This document shows, one piece after another, positions 1-9,555 of a stretch of DNA of 64,000 bases. Source of the DNA: Chthoniobacterales bacterium (GTDB lineage: Bacteria; Verrucomicrobiota; Verrucomicrobiia; Chthoniobacterales; Chthoniobacteraceae); NCBI GenBank assembly GCA_038207335.1, contig JBBQZX010000012.1:72646-136645 (forward strand). Reading direction: 5' to 3'. The notes beneath the pieces are model-generated. The model was not told the origin of the DNA and searched no databases. It worked only from the letters and a program-made list of their open reading frames with translations. The first letter of the stretch is position 1; every line of letters starts with the position of its first letter. A program made the position numbers and the translations under genes.

Positions 1-45
1 CGGCGAACGACTGCCACTCCAGCCCCCTCGCGGCCCTGCATGACA

Positions 46-252
46 ATCGACGGGCTCAAATTCTTCCGCGACCTCGACAAGAAAGAAGTCCGTGAAATCG
101 TCGTCAGCGTCAAACGCGGCGGGCTCAAAGCCGACGACGTGCGCGCCTTTAACCCCGTCCGCGAGCGCGAGAAGGCGGAAATCGGCCTCTTCAATCTCGC
201 TGGGAAAAGCCCACCCCCGGCATGGAGCGCGACGCCGCCGCCGCGGGCTTTT
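46..252 (+). pseudogene. Remnant of the C-terminal Mrr-like restriction-endonuclease domain of a fused DNA methyltransferase-REase
   Basis: IDGLKFFRDLDKKEVREIVVSVKRGGLKADDVRAFNPVREREKAEIGLF continues, after removing two single-base insertions near 193-204, as ISLEKPTPGMERDAAAAGF; this matches the recalled IDG..SVK.G..VR..EREKA.IG..P..M..A..AGF pattern of such proteins. No N-terminus present. Confidence 0.6.
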
Positions 253-450
253 CCGTCGGCGGCGTGACGGGCACCTTCGCTGGCCTGAATGAAAGCGCAT
301 CGCTAACGATCGGCTCGAAGAATTTTTACATCAGCTACGCAGCCAATGGCGGGCAGGATGTCATACTAACCGCCGTGCCGGAGGCGGGCGTCGCGCTTTC
401 GATGGTGGGCGGTCTCAGCTTGCTACTCGGCCTGTCCCGCCGACGGCACA
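253..450 (+). pseudogene. Orphan C-terminal fragment of a PEP-CTERM protein
   Basis: GTFAGLNESASLTIGSKNFYISYAANGGQDVILTAVPEA, a hydrophobic helix, then RRRH; resembles the tail of the 36446..40354 protein; no signal peptide. Confidence 0.7.
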
Positions 451-798
451 CCCAGCGCTGCGTGACGCGCCCACCGTGTCGGGAGCCGTCGCGGCGGAGA
501 GTTTACCTCTGCCATCGAGACCGCCCCGGCGTCGGCGATGCGTGACGGTGCCGCTATCTTAAATCCAGACCGTGCCCTCGTCCGCGGCGATCATGCGATA
601 TTCAAAGAAAAAAGGGACGAGTAGCCAGATTAGGCCCGGAAGCACGCGCACGAAGTCGCTCACGGGCCGCAGCGCTTCGCGCCGCAAATCTTCGCTAGCC
701 ATCTCCCGCAACGAACTCTCCTCCGCAGCGCTGCGATCTGATGCCGATATTCCTCCTCCCAATGTGAAAGCCCCTCGGCCTCAAAAACCCGCACATTT

Positions 799-1130
799 CT
801 ACGTCTCTACTGCGTCAGCTGATTTTTCCAGCTTCTCGCGGCAGGGGCGGTACCACCAGTCGAGCCGCTCGCCGTCGCGGACGCCCGCAGGGCCGCGGAG
901 CACAAGGCGCGAGCATTTTCGCGATCCTCCAGAAAGAGTAGGCGCGGAGATTTCGCTCCAATATGAACACGGGCTGGCGCAGGAAGACGAAGCGCCCGTG
1001 CCACCGGACGGCGCGGATGAAGACAAGGTCCTCCGCGGCAAAGGTCGCGTCATTTAAAGCGCCCACCGTCTCGAACGCCGCGCGCGTGCAGAACAGGAAG
1101 CAGCAGCCGGTGTAGCCGCTTACGCGCACT
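799..1130 (-). pseudogene. Remnant of a family 2 glycosyltransferase C-terminus
   Basis: GCCFLFCTRAAFETVGALNDATFAAEDLVFIRAVRWHGRFVFLRQPV, frameshift near 905, then RLVLRGPAGVRDGERLDWWY; a degenerate version of the GT2 F..VGGF.E..AAE motif. Confidence 0.55.
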
Positions 1131-1425
1131 ACCCCTTCGCTCACGGGAACCGCCGGTAGGTGCTCTAGGCATCGCTGTGACATGCCCGCTCGGCTGCCAC
1201 ATATCACTTTAGGAACGGGCCCTTGGGCAACGGGTGCGAAGAGCGGCGATTCCGCCCCCTTCTCGATGCCTCGGGTAGCCGGCACCAAGCGAAGAGTTCA
1301 GCTATCCTGCTCGTGCAACAAGGCACACCTTTGCGCGCGTCTCGTCACGTTGGCCGTTGTGCCCGGGACGGTGTATCAACACCAGACTCACGCTCGAATC
1401 CACGGCCAATGTTCGCCTTAGCGAA

Positions 1426-4344
1426 CTAGTTTACGTAGGCAGCTTCGTTTGAAAGTAGAAGCGCGTGAGCCATGGTCTCCCAAGGCGTTAACGGTCTCCG
1501 TTCGATGAAGTCACCCTGATTTCGAATTGCGCTACGACCGTCGTTGTTCGCCATTCCGGCCCGTTTAGCCCGCTCAGCAACCTTCTTGGAAGCCTTTTCC
1601 ACCATCTCTTTGGCAGACGCAAGAACCTGAGGCTGATCTTTCACTTCGGTGCCGACAAACTGCAAGGCAAGATCAATCTCACTTGGCGAAGGCGAGCGCT
1701 GAAAGAGGATCCGATAGATATTGAAAACGCGGTTTAGATTGTCCCGCGAATTCTGGACCTCCGGTCGAGCCAGAACACTGCGAGCAACATCGATAGCCAG
1801 CGGGCTATTCATCAGGAAGAGCGCCTGTTGCGGAACGATGGTCGTTGCTCGCTTCGAGTTGGGTGCCTCTGGATTACTGAAATCGAAATGGGCCATCAAC
1901 TCCGGCAGGTTTCCACGGTCGATGTAACCATAGACGGTGCGGCGATTGCTGTAGGGCTCGTCGGTAATGTTCACCGGTTGACCGCCTACTTCGGAATCAA
2001 GTTTGCCACTGAATACCAAAAGCGAGTCTCGCATTGCCTCGAAATCGAGACGCCGCACGTTTGCACGCCAGAGAAGGCGGTTGTCCGGATCGAGTTGCTC
2101 GTAGGCTTTGATAGTGTGACTGCTGTTTTGATAGACTTTCGACAACATGATGAGCTTGTGCAGCTTCTTCAGCGACCAACCTTGATCCATCAGGTAGCTG
2201 CTCAAGTAGTCGATCAGTTCCGGATGGGAGGGAGCTTCCGACATTGTGCCCAAGTCATCCGGGGTGCGCACGAAGCCCTCGCCGAAGTGGTGCAACCACA
2301 CACGATTGACAATCACACGCGCGGTGAGCGGGTTCGATTTGCTGGCGATGGCTTGAGCTAGTTCCAACCGTCCGCTGCCAATCTTGAACGGTTTCGGATT
2401 TCCACCCGAAAGTACCTCCAAAAAGCGGCGAGGCACGATGTCTCCACGAACGCCTGCCTGGCCACGGATAAAGACAGCAGTATCGGTCGGGGTGCGGACA
2501 TCGTTGACGACCATCGCTCGCGCATCGGAGCCACCGTTCGTCAATTTCAGTTCGTTCATCTGAGCGAAAACCCATCCGCTTCCGTTGCGGGGGCCCTGCG
2601 GCCAACCGTCGATCTCTCGGCGCAAGTTGTCGGTCGAGAGATAGTTGGCTGGGGAGATATGGAGCGGCACGCTCGCCAAGGCGTTGATGCCTGGCTCGAC
2701 GCCCGTCAACGTGTCGTTCATTCCCTTCACTGCGCTATTAAGCTTCACGAAACCGTGGGCCTTTGAATCTACGGACATGAAGATGCGCTCGTAGGCGTCT
2801 GCCAAGCCGTCGAAACTGGACGGCTTCCCACCTGTTAGGCCAGCGGCAACGATCGCATTGAGTTTCTTATTGGCCGGCGTAACGACCTGATCCCACTTGC
2901 CATCTTGAAAAGCATGAATCGGCGCAAAGAGTTCGTCGTTGCGACCGATTGCACCACCGATCGCCTGAGTGATATCGCGATCCAGCTTCTCTTCCGTCTG
3001 GACCTTCGTTGCTTCGAGTTGCTCGGCCTCGGTGGCTCCACGCCGGGTCAAATACCACGCACGTAGGTAAGCCGACGCCTTCTGGCGGAATTCGGCATTC
3101 TTTTCATCAACGACCCGATAATAGATGTCACGATTCGTATCCTCAAGTTTCGCCATCTTCGTCTGGAATTCGATGGCAACATCGGATTTGGCATACGAGA
3201 TGACCGGCTTCTCTTTAGGTTCTTCGATGCTGTTGAAGATTCCGTGCAAAGCGTAGTAGTCCTTCGTGGGAATGGGGTCGAATTTGTGATCGTGGCATCG
3301 CGCGCAGGCCACGGTCATCCCAAGGAAACCCTTCGAGACGGTGTCAATTCGGTCGTTGATGACATCGTTCGTGTTGCCTGTTCGGTCACCGACCGTAATG
3401 AAACCCAATGCCGCGAGGTCACGAGGGTCTTTGAGGTCGGGCAGTTTATCTGCCGCGAGTTGCTCCATCACAAACCGGTCGTAAGGCTTGTCCTCATTAA
3501 AGCTGCGAATGACGTAATCCCTGTAGGTCCACGCGTACGGGAATCGGTAATCTCCTGCCATGTTGTTGGCGCGATCGCCGCTCGTGTCCGCATAACGTGC
3601 GGAGTCAAGCCAGAAGCGGCCCCAACGCTCACCGTAGTGTGGAGATGCGAGAAGGCGGTCCACGACTTTAGCGAAAGCACCCGGAGACTGATCCAAAAGG
3701 AATGCTTCGATTTCCTTGGGCGTCGGAGGAAGGCCGATAAGGTCATAGGTCGCGCGCCGGAGGAGCGTCTCCTTGTCAGCGGGAGGAGAGGGCACCATTC
3801 CTTGTGCCTCGATTTTCTGAAGGATGAATGCATCCACCGGGGTAGCGCACCATGCGCGATTTTTCACGGCTGGAATCGCCGGTTTTTTGACAGGCTGATA
3901 GGCCCAATGCGCACGAGCCTCTGCACTCAAACCGGTGAGTTTTTTGTGTGCCTTTCCTACGCGGGGGTCGGGAGCACCCATTTTCACCCACGCGACCAAA
4001 TCGGCGATTTGTTCGTCGGGCAGCTTTTTGCCGTCCTTTTTCGGCGGCATCTGGAGATCTTTGTCGGTGTATTGAATCGCCGTGATCAAGAGGCTCTTCG
4101 ATGGATCACCAGGCGTCACCGCAGGACCACCTTCGCCGCCTTTTTGCGTCGCCTCCCGAGAATCGAGCGTCAGTCCTCCTTTACTCTTTCCGGCTTCCAC
4201 GCTGTGACATTTGTAGCAACTCTCGGTGAGAATTGGCCGGATCTTTTTCTCGAAGAAGTCGAGTTGTTCCGCCGTTGGGTCCTCCGCATGGAGAAGAGGA
4301 GCTGCCAGTGTCAACCCCGTGAGTAAAGGGAGGAATTTACGCAT
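1426..4344 (-). CDS. Planctomycete cytochrome c / DUF1549 / DUF1553 (PSD1) domain protein
   Basis: 972 aa ORF; signal peptide; FFEKKIRPIL..CYKCH; YGERWGRFWLD.ARYAD; CARCHDHKFDP; NPLTARVIVNRVW; PSHPELIDYL; QQALFLMNSP. Confidence 0.93.
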   Translation of the reverse strand: MRKFLPLLTGLTLAAPLLHAEDPTAEQLDFFEKKIRPILTESCYKCHSVEAGKSKGGLTLDSREATQKGGEGGPAVTPGDPSKSLLITAIQYTDKDLQMPPKKDGKKLPDEQIADLVAWVKMGAPDPRVGKAHKKLTGLSAEARAHWAYQPVKKPAIPAVKNRAWCATPVDAFILQKIEAQGMVPSPPADKETLLRRATYDLIGLPPTPKEIEAFLLDQSPGAFAKVVDRLLASPHYGERWGRFWLDSARYADTSGDRANNMAGDYRFPYAWTYRDYVIRSFNEDKPYDRFVMEQLAADKLPDLKDPRDLAALGFITVGDRTGNTNDVINDRIDTVSKGFLGMTVACARCHDHKFDPIPTKDYYALHGIFNSIEEPKEKPVISYAKSDVAIEFQTKMAKLEDTNRDIYYRVVDEKNAEFRQKASAYLRAWYLTRRGATEAEQLEATKVQTEEKLDRDITQAIGGAIGRNDELFAPIHAFQDGKWDQVVTPANKKLNAIVAAGLTGGKPSSFDGLADAYERIFMSVDSKAHGFVKLNSAVKGMNDTLTGVEPGINALASVPLHISPANYLSTDNLRREIDGWPQGPRNGSGWVFAQMNELKLTNGGSDARAMVVNDVRTPTDTAVFIRGQAGVRGDIVPRRFLEVLSGGNPKPFKIGSGRLELAQAIASKSNPLTARVIVNRVWLHHFGEGFVRTPDDLGTMSEAPSHPELIDYLSSYLMDQGWSLKKLHKLIMLSKVYQNSSHTIKAYEQLDPDNRLLWRANVRRLDFEAMRDSLLVFSGKLDSEVGGQPVNITDEPYSNRRTVYGYIDRGNLPELMAHFDFSNPEAPNSKRATTIVPQQALFLMNSPLAIDVARSVLARPEVQNSRDNLNRVFNIYRILFQRSPSPSEIDLALQFVGTEVKDQPQVLASAKEMVEKASKKVAERAKRAGMANNDGRSAIRNQGDFIERRPLTPWETMAHALLLSNEAAYVN

Positions 4345-4390
4345 AATTTTATGAGATAAAGATTCGAGTGAGCGGTGGTGGTGTCAACGA

Positions 4391-4425
4391 CAACGACCAA
4401 CGACGGAAATCGCCGTTGGTCGCTG
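4391..4425. other. Intergenic stem-loop between the DUF1501 and PSD1 genes
   Basis: CAACGACCAACGACG-GAAA-TCGCCGTTGGTCGCTG imperfect inverted repeat without a U-tract. Confidence 0.4.
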
Positions 4426-4446
4426 CCACGTTGAGCGGAAACGGAA

Positions 4447-5886
4447 CTAGGCGATGATATCTTTAACGACGCTTCCGAAGTTGTCGGTGAAGCGGAAGTC
4501 GCGACCGTTGTAGCGGTAGGTGAGCTTCTCGTGATCGAAGCCGAGCAGGGCGAGGACGGTGGCGTGGAGATCGTGGATGTGAACTTTGTTCTCTGCGGCG
4601 CGCGCGCCGAACTCGTCGGTCGAGCCATAAGTCGTGCCGCCTTTGACGCCGCCGCCTGCCATCCATGCGACCATTGCGCGCCCGTTGTGATCGCGACCAG
4701 CGGTCGCGTTGCCATTACGGTCGCGAGTGACGGTCCGGCCGAATTCGCCACCCCAGATGATCAGGGTGCTGTCGAGCATCCCGCGCTGCTTGAGGTCCTT
4801 GATGAGCGCCGCGGCAGGGGTGTCAATTTCACCCGCACGACCACGAAGGGCGACTTCGAGGTTCGCGTGGTGATCCCATCCACCTGCATCCACTTGCACG
4901 AAGCGCACGCCACGCTCGACGAGGCGGCGGGCTACGAGCAATTTCGCGCCAGTCTGGCTCTTGCCGTAGAGATCGCGGATTTCCTGCGGCTCCTTAGAGA
5001 TGTCGAACGCATCGGTGGCCTCGGTCTGCATCTTGAAAGCCATTTCGAAGGACTCAATTCGAGCTTCGAGCTGTGCGTCTTTTTGGAGCGCCGCTGCGTG
5101 CTGCTGGTTAAGCTTGCGGACGTAGTCGAGTTCGCGCCGCTGACGATCCATCGGAGTGAACTGGTTGCGGATGTTCATGATTACGTCGTCCAAATCCATG
5201 TTGGTCGAGTAGTTCACGTTACATCCTTGATACATGCCAGGCAGAAAGGAGGACTGACGCCAATCCGGCGCGCCACCCATCGTGATGAAGCCGGGCATGT
5301 TCTGATTTTCGGTACCCAAGCCGTAAACGACCCACGAACCCATCGACGGCTTGGGAAGCTGGAGCGAACCCGTGTTCATGAAGCGCTGTGCAACCTCGTG
5401 CGCCGGGATGTCTGTCCAGAGCGATCGAATGACCGCCATTTCGTCGATGTGCTCGCCGAGCTTCGGGAAAACTTCACTCACCTCGACGCCCGACTTACCG
5501 GACGGCGTGAACTTGAACGGCGAACCAAAGGCGAGGCCATCATGGCCGGGAATGGACTTGTCGTTGTATTTCACCAGCTCGGGCTTCGGATCCCACGTAT
5601 CAACCTGCGAGGGGCCACCAGATGCGAAAATGTGAATGACCGCCTTCGCCTTGACTTTGAAATGAGGCTGCTTCGGAGCGAGCGGGTTCGCGGCGGACGC
5701 AGCTGCGCTCGGCGCGGCTTTCGCATCATACGGATTGATCCCAAAGAGCGAGGCGAGACTCAGCGCGCCGAAGCCCATGCCGCTGCGCACCAAAAATTCG
5801 CGCCTCGTGTGGATGATGTCTTTGATCGTCGCAGAATGCTCGCGACGGAACTTTTCGGTGGTGATGTGCGATTGCTCAGGGGTCAT
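4447..5886 (-). CDS. DUF1501 domain protein (Tat-exported, sulfatase-like fold)
   Basis: TRREFL Tat motif; KAKAVIHIF..GGPSQVDTWDPKP; ARRLVERGVRFVQV; WGGEFGRT; GRDH; VHIHDLHAT. Start set at MTPEQ. Confidence 0.93.
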   Translation of the reverse strand: MTPEQSHITTEKFRREHSATIKDIIHTRREFLVRSGMGFGALSLASLFGINPYDAKAAPSAAASAANPLAPKQPHFKVKAKAVIHIFASGGPSQVDTWDPKPELVKYNDKSIPGHDGLAFGSPFKFTPSGKSGVEVSEVFPKLGEHIDEMAVIRSLWTDIPAHEVAQRFMNTGSLQLPKPSMGSWVVYGLGTENQNMPGFITMGGAPDWRQSSFLPGMYQGCNVNYSTNMDLDDVIMNIRNQFTPMDRQRRELDYVRKLNQQHAAALQKDAQLEARIESFEMAFKMQTEATDAFDISKEPQEIRDLYGKSQTGAKLLVARRLVERGVRFVQVDAGGWDHHANLEVALRGRAGEIDTPAAALIKDLKQRGMLDSTLIIWGGEFGRTVTRDRNGNATAGRDHNGRAMVAWMAGGGVKGGTTYGSTDEFGARAAENKVHIHDLHATVLALLGFDHEKLTYRYNGRDFRFTDNFGSVVKDIIA

Positions 5887-5979
5887 ATAGATGTGTTGTT
5901 GGCGGGTCGGTTTACTAGCGGATGCAGGATGGTCGGTTTTCTTAGAAAAAATTCGCGGATCTGCGATGCAACCCATGAA

Positions 5980-6513
5980 TTAAGGCTGGTCACGTTCCGA
6001 TGTCGAATGGGAATTTTGTGTTTTGGCAGAATTTTCTGAGTTCGTTTCAGGCGCTTTTTCAGCACGAAGCGAGCCCAAAACGAACAAACCTGCGGCCGTG
6101 CAGATACACGCATCTGCGACGTTGAAAGCGGGAAATGGGTTCGCCCCTGGGATGTGCAAATCGAAGAGTAGTAGATCAACGACATGCCCGTGCGCGATGC
6201 GATCGGTGACATTTCCCAGGATACCTGCGACGAGCAACCCGACGCCGCAACGGCTCAGCGTGTCGGGGAAGGCACAGCGGAAAAATGCAACCGCGAGCCC
6301 GATCAGCGCCGCGATCGAGAGGAAGACAAAAGGCAGGTTGTTGTCTTTCAGGAGCCCCCAAGCCATGCCGGTGTTATCCCAATAGCACAGGGAGAAAAAA
6401 TTCTCGATCACCGGCACTGTCTCATGCCGAAAGACGATGTGATGGATCGCCCACCATTTCGTTGCCTGATCGAGCGCGAATAGCGGGAGCGCTAGGGAAA
6501 GGAGCAGCTTCAT
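5980..6513 (-). CDS. lspA: Lipoprotein signal peptidase II
   Basis: LDQATK, NTGMAWG, GNVTDRI..GHVVD, FNVADACI; directly downstream of ileS as in the conserved ileS-lspA operon. Confidence 0.95.
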   Translation of the reverse strand: MKLLLSLALPLFALDQATKWWAIHHIVFRHETVPVIENFFSLCYWDNTGMAWGLLKDNNLPFVFLSIAALIGLAVAFFRCAFPDTLSRCGVGLLVAGILGNVTDRIAHGHVVDLLLFDLHIPGANPFPAFNVADACICTAAGLFVLGSLRAEKAPETNSENSAKTQNSHSTSERDQP

Positions 6514-6531
6514 CGGAATCGAGGGGCGCGC

Positions 6532-9330
6532 TCAGCCGACCACCGCAGCGCACCTGTCGCACAGTTCTGGATGCGCGGGGTGCGCGCCGACGCTCAGGCG
6601 ATGCCGCCAGCAGCGGGCGCATTTCTTTGTTGTCACGCGCGTGATCGCGGCTTTCGTCTCCGTCCCCGGCGCGATGTGCAGCTCGCTCAAGATGAAAAAT
6701 TCCTCCAACTCCGCGAGGTGGGGCTCCAGCGCCCGGGCGCGCTCGGCGTCGGCGATTTCCAAAGTGATCGCGCCCTCCAGCGCGTTGCCGATCAGCTTGT
6801 CCTTGCGCCCCTGCTCGACCGCTTGGCCGATCACGCCGCGCAGTTGCAGCAACTCGGCGATGCGCGTTTCGAGTGCTTCGGCGCGCCATGCCGGATCGGC
6901 TTCGGGGAAAGTCGCGAGATGCACGGAACCCGCGCGCCCGGAGAATTCCCATGCCTCGTCCGCCGTGAAAACAAGCACCGGCGCGAGCAAGCGTGCGAGC
7001 GCGTCGAATGCCTGCGCCATCACCCACTGCGTCGCGCGGCGGCGCGGCGAATCGACCGCGTCGCAATACATCCGATCCTTCGTGATATCAACGTAGAGCG
7101 CGCTCAGATCGACTGCGCAGAAGTTGTTCAGCGTCTGGAAAACTTTCCGAAATTCATACGCCGCATACGCCTCGCGGCACGTCGCGATCACCTCCTGCAA
7201 CCGCGACATAATCCACAGATCCACGGTCGTCAGGTCGCCCTTCGCCATCGGCGCGCTAGTGTCCGCTCCGCTGAAATTTGCGAGCAGGATGCGTAGGATA
7301 TTTCGGAACTGCCGATACGCGTCAGTGAGCAGCGCAAACGACTCCTCGGAGAACGGAACCTCATTCGTGAACTCCACGCTCGACGCCCACAGACGCACGA
7401 TGTCCCCCCCATATTTCCCGACAAAATGTTCGGCATTCATCGGCTTCGCGTAAGTCCCTTGCTCCGACTTCGAGACCTTTTTCCGCGTGTCCTTGTCCAC
7501 CACAAAGCCGTGCGTGATGACCGACTTGTATGGTGCTGCGTCGTTCATCGCGATCGAGGTCATCAGCGAAGATTGGAACCAACCGCGATGCTGGTCGGTC
7601 GCTTCGAGGTAAAGATCGGCGGGCCATTTCAGCTCGGCATTTTTCCGAAGGACGGCCTCGTGCGAGATGCCGGAATCGAGCCAGACATCGAGCGTGTCAT
7701 TGCGCCGCGTCGTGCCCGCCGGAAGTCCCACCGCCTCCGCCCACCACGCGTCGTCGCGCTCGAACCACACATTCGTCCCATCGCGTTCCGTGATGTCCGC
7801 GACTTTCCGCGCGAGCGCCGCATCGAGGATCGGCGCCCCTTTTTCATCGTAGAAAACGGGGAGCGGCACGCCCCACGAGCGCTGCCGTGAAATGCACCAG
7901 TCCGGTCGCGATTCGACCGTGCCGTAGATGCGGTTGCGACCCCAGTGCGGAATCCACTCGACGCCGTCAATCGCTGCCAGCGCCTTGCTTCGCAGCGCAT
8001 CGACGCGGATAAAAAACTGTTCGACCGCGCGAAAAACCACCGGCGTTTTGGAGCGCCAGCAGTGTGGATACGAGTGCTTGTAAATCTGCTCCCCGAGCAG
8101 CGCGCCGCGCTCGCGGAGATGTTCGATGACCTCTTTATTAGCATCGAAAACGTATTTGCCCGCCCACACAGGCACGCCGACTTCCTCGGTGAAATGCCCA
8201 CGCTCATCGACCGGCGAGAGGATCGGCAAGCCGTTCTGCACTCCCGCGAGATAGTCGTCCGAGCCGTGTCCCGGCGCGATGTGCACCTGCCCCGTGCCCG
8301 TCTCCATCGTCACGAATTCCGCCGTGATGATCTTCGCCTTTCGCTCGAGAAAAGGATGCTGCGCCTCACTGCCAGCGAGTTCGCTGCCGGTCATGCCCGC
8401 GAGCAGCCAATCGCCCGCTTCCTGCGTCTTTTCGGCTTCGCCTGAAAATGGCACTTCCTCGAATCCGGCAGCCTCGACGAATGCCGGCACCAATGCCTCC
8501 GCGATGACGAACATTTCCGGAGCCGATTCCTCCGCGAGGGCCGCCAGCAAAGGATTCCCGGCCTTTTTTCGGAACGCGCGGACGACGTATCGCTGCCGAG
8601 GATGCACCGCGATTGCGACATTCGCGGGCAGCGTCCACGGCGTCGTCGTCCAGATCACCATGCTCGCTTTTCCAGCGAGCGGGCCGCTCACGATTGGGAA
8701 CTTCACGAAGATCGCCGGATCTTCGCGATCCGCATATTCCACCTCCGCCTCCGCGAGCGCCGTCTGTGCGCCCGTGCTCCAGTACACTGGTTTCTTCGAC
8801 TGATAGACGAGCCCCTTTTCCACGAATGTCGCGAACGCCCGGATGACCTCCGCCTCATACCCCGGCGCGAGCGTCAGGTAGGGGTTTTCCCAATCGCCGA
8901 AGACGCCGAGTCGCTTGAATTGGCCGCGCTGGATGTCGATGAATTTACGTGCGTATTCCTCGCTGCGCCGCCGCACTTCAGCCGGCGCGAGGCCGCGCGA
9001 TTCCTTCACGACTTTGAACTCGATCGGCAGCCCGTGGCAGTCCCAACCCGGCACGAATGGCGCGCGAAATCCCGCCATCGTTTTCGACTTCACGACGAGG
9101 TCTTTGAGAATCTTGTTGAGCGCCGTGCCCATGTGGACATCGCCGTTTGCGAAAGGTGGCCCATCATGCACGACAAAGGTTTCCGCGCCCGCGCGGGCGT
9201 CTTGGATTTTCCGGTAAAGCCCCTCCTTTTCCCACCGCTCCAGCCGCTGTGGCTCGCGCTGCACGAGGTCTGCCTTCATCGGAAAATCCGTCTTCGGCAG
9301 CAGGAGTGTGTCTTTGTAATTCTGGCTCAT
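6532..9330 (-). CDS. ileS: Isoleucine--tRNA ligase (type 1)
   Basis: HDGPPFANGDVHMGT, GWDCHGLPIE, WTTTPWTLP, GTGQVHIAPGHG, DWCISRQRSWG, DQHRGWF, KVSKS, C-terminal KCARCW..LCDRC zinc finger. Confidence 0.98.
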   Translation of the reverse strand: MSQNYKDTLLLPKTDFPMKADLVQREPQRLERWEKEGLYRKIQDARAGAETFVVHDGPPFANGDVHMGTALNKILKDLVVKSKTMAGFRAPFVPGWDCHGLPIEFKVVKESRGLAPAEVRRRSEEYARKFIDIQRGQFKRLGVFGDWENPYLTLAPGYEAEVIRAFATFVEKGLVYQSKKPVYWSTGAQTALAEAEVEYADREDPAIFVKFPIVSGPLAGKASMVIWTTTPWTLPANVAIAVHPRQRYVVRAFRKKAGNPLLAALAEESAPEMFVIAEALVPAFVEAAGFEEVPFSGEAEKTQEAGDWLLAGMTGSELAGSEAQHPFLERKAKIITAEFVTMETGTGQVHIAPGHGSDDYLAGVQNGLPILSPVDERGHFTEEVGVPVWAGKYVFDANKEVIEHLRERGALLGEQIYKHSYPHCWRSKTPVVFRAVEQFFIRVDALRSKALAAIDGVEWIPHWGRNRIYGTVESRPDWCISRQRSWGVPLPVFYDEKGAPILDAALARKVADITERDGTNVWFERDDAWWAEAVGLPAGTTRRNDTLDVWLDSGISHEAVLRKNAELKWPADLYLEATDQHRGWFQSSLMTSIAMNDAAPYKSVITHGFVVDKDTRKKVSKSEQGTYAKPMNAEHFVGKYGGDIVRLWASSVEFTNEVPFSEESFALLTDAYRQFRNILRILLANFSGADTSAPMAKGDLTTVDLWIMSRLQEVIATCREAYAAYEFRKVFQTLNNFCAVDLSALYVDITKDRMYCDAVDSPRRRATQWVMAQAFDALARLLAPVLVFTADEAWEFSGRAGSVHLATFPEADPAWRAEALETRIAELLQLRGVIGQAVEQGRKDKLIGNALEGAITLEIADAERARALEPHLAELEEFFILSELHIAPGTETKAAITRVTTKKCARCWRHRLSVGAHPAHPELCDRCAAVVG

Positions 9331-9348
9331 CGGGCGAAAAGGGCGGCG

Positions 9349-9376
9349 AGAGTAGCACGCGAATTCCGCGGGTCAA
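9349..9376 (-). promoter_or_regulatory. Putative sigma70-type promoter of ileS-lspA
   Basis: Minus strand TTGACC-16 nt-TACTCT with TGn extended -10, ending 18 nt upstream of the ileS ATG. Confidence 0.5.
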
Positions 9377-9555
9377 CCGAACCGCGATGCGACGCTGCGG
9401 AGCGGTGGAAAAACGGCTCTCATTTTCGAGTCGATGACGTCGTCCCGATCAAGTGGAACGCGGTTTCCGGGAAGTAGCACGCAGAAGATTTCCGGCTTGA
9501 AATATTTCGCGGTCGTAATACCCATTCACGTCGAAATTCGGGCTCGTTGTTTCAA

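Noticed and set aside
559..762. 67 aa minus-strand ORF
   Set aside because: No recognisable motif or good start; it lies in a decayed region.
7465..9140. IleRS HMGT and KVSKS variants as a resistance-type enzyme
   Set aside because: The architecture is ordinary type 1 IleRS in the ileS-lspA operon, and such motif variants are common.
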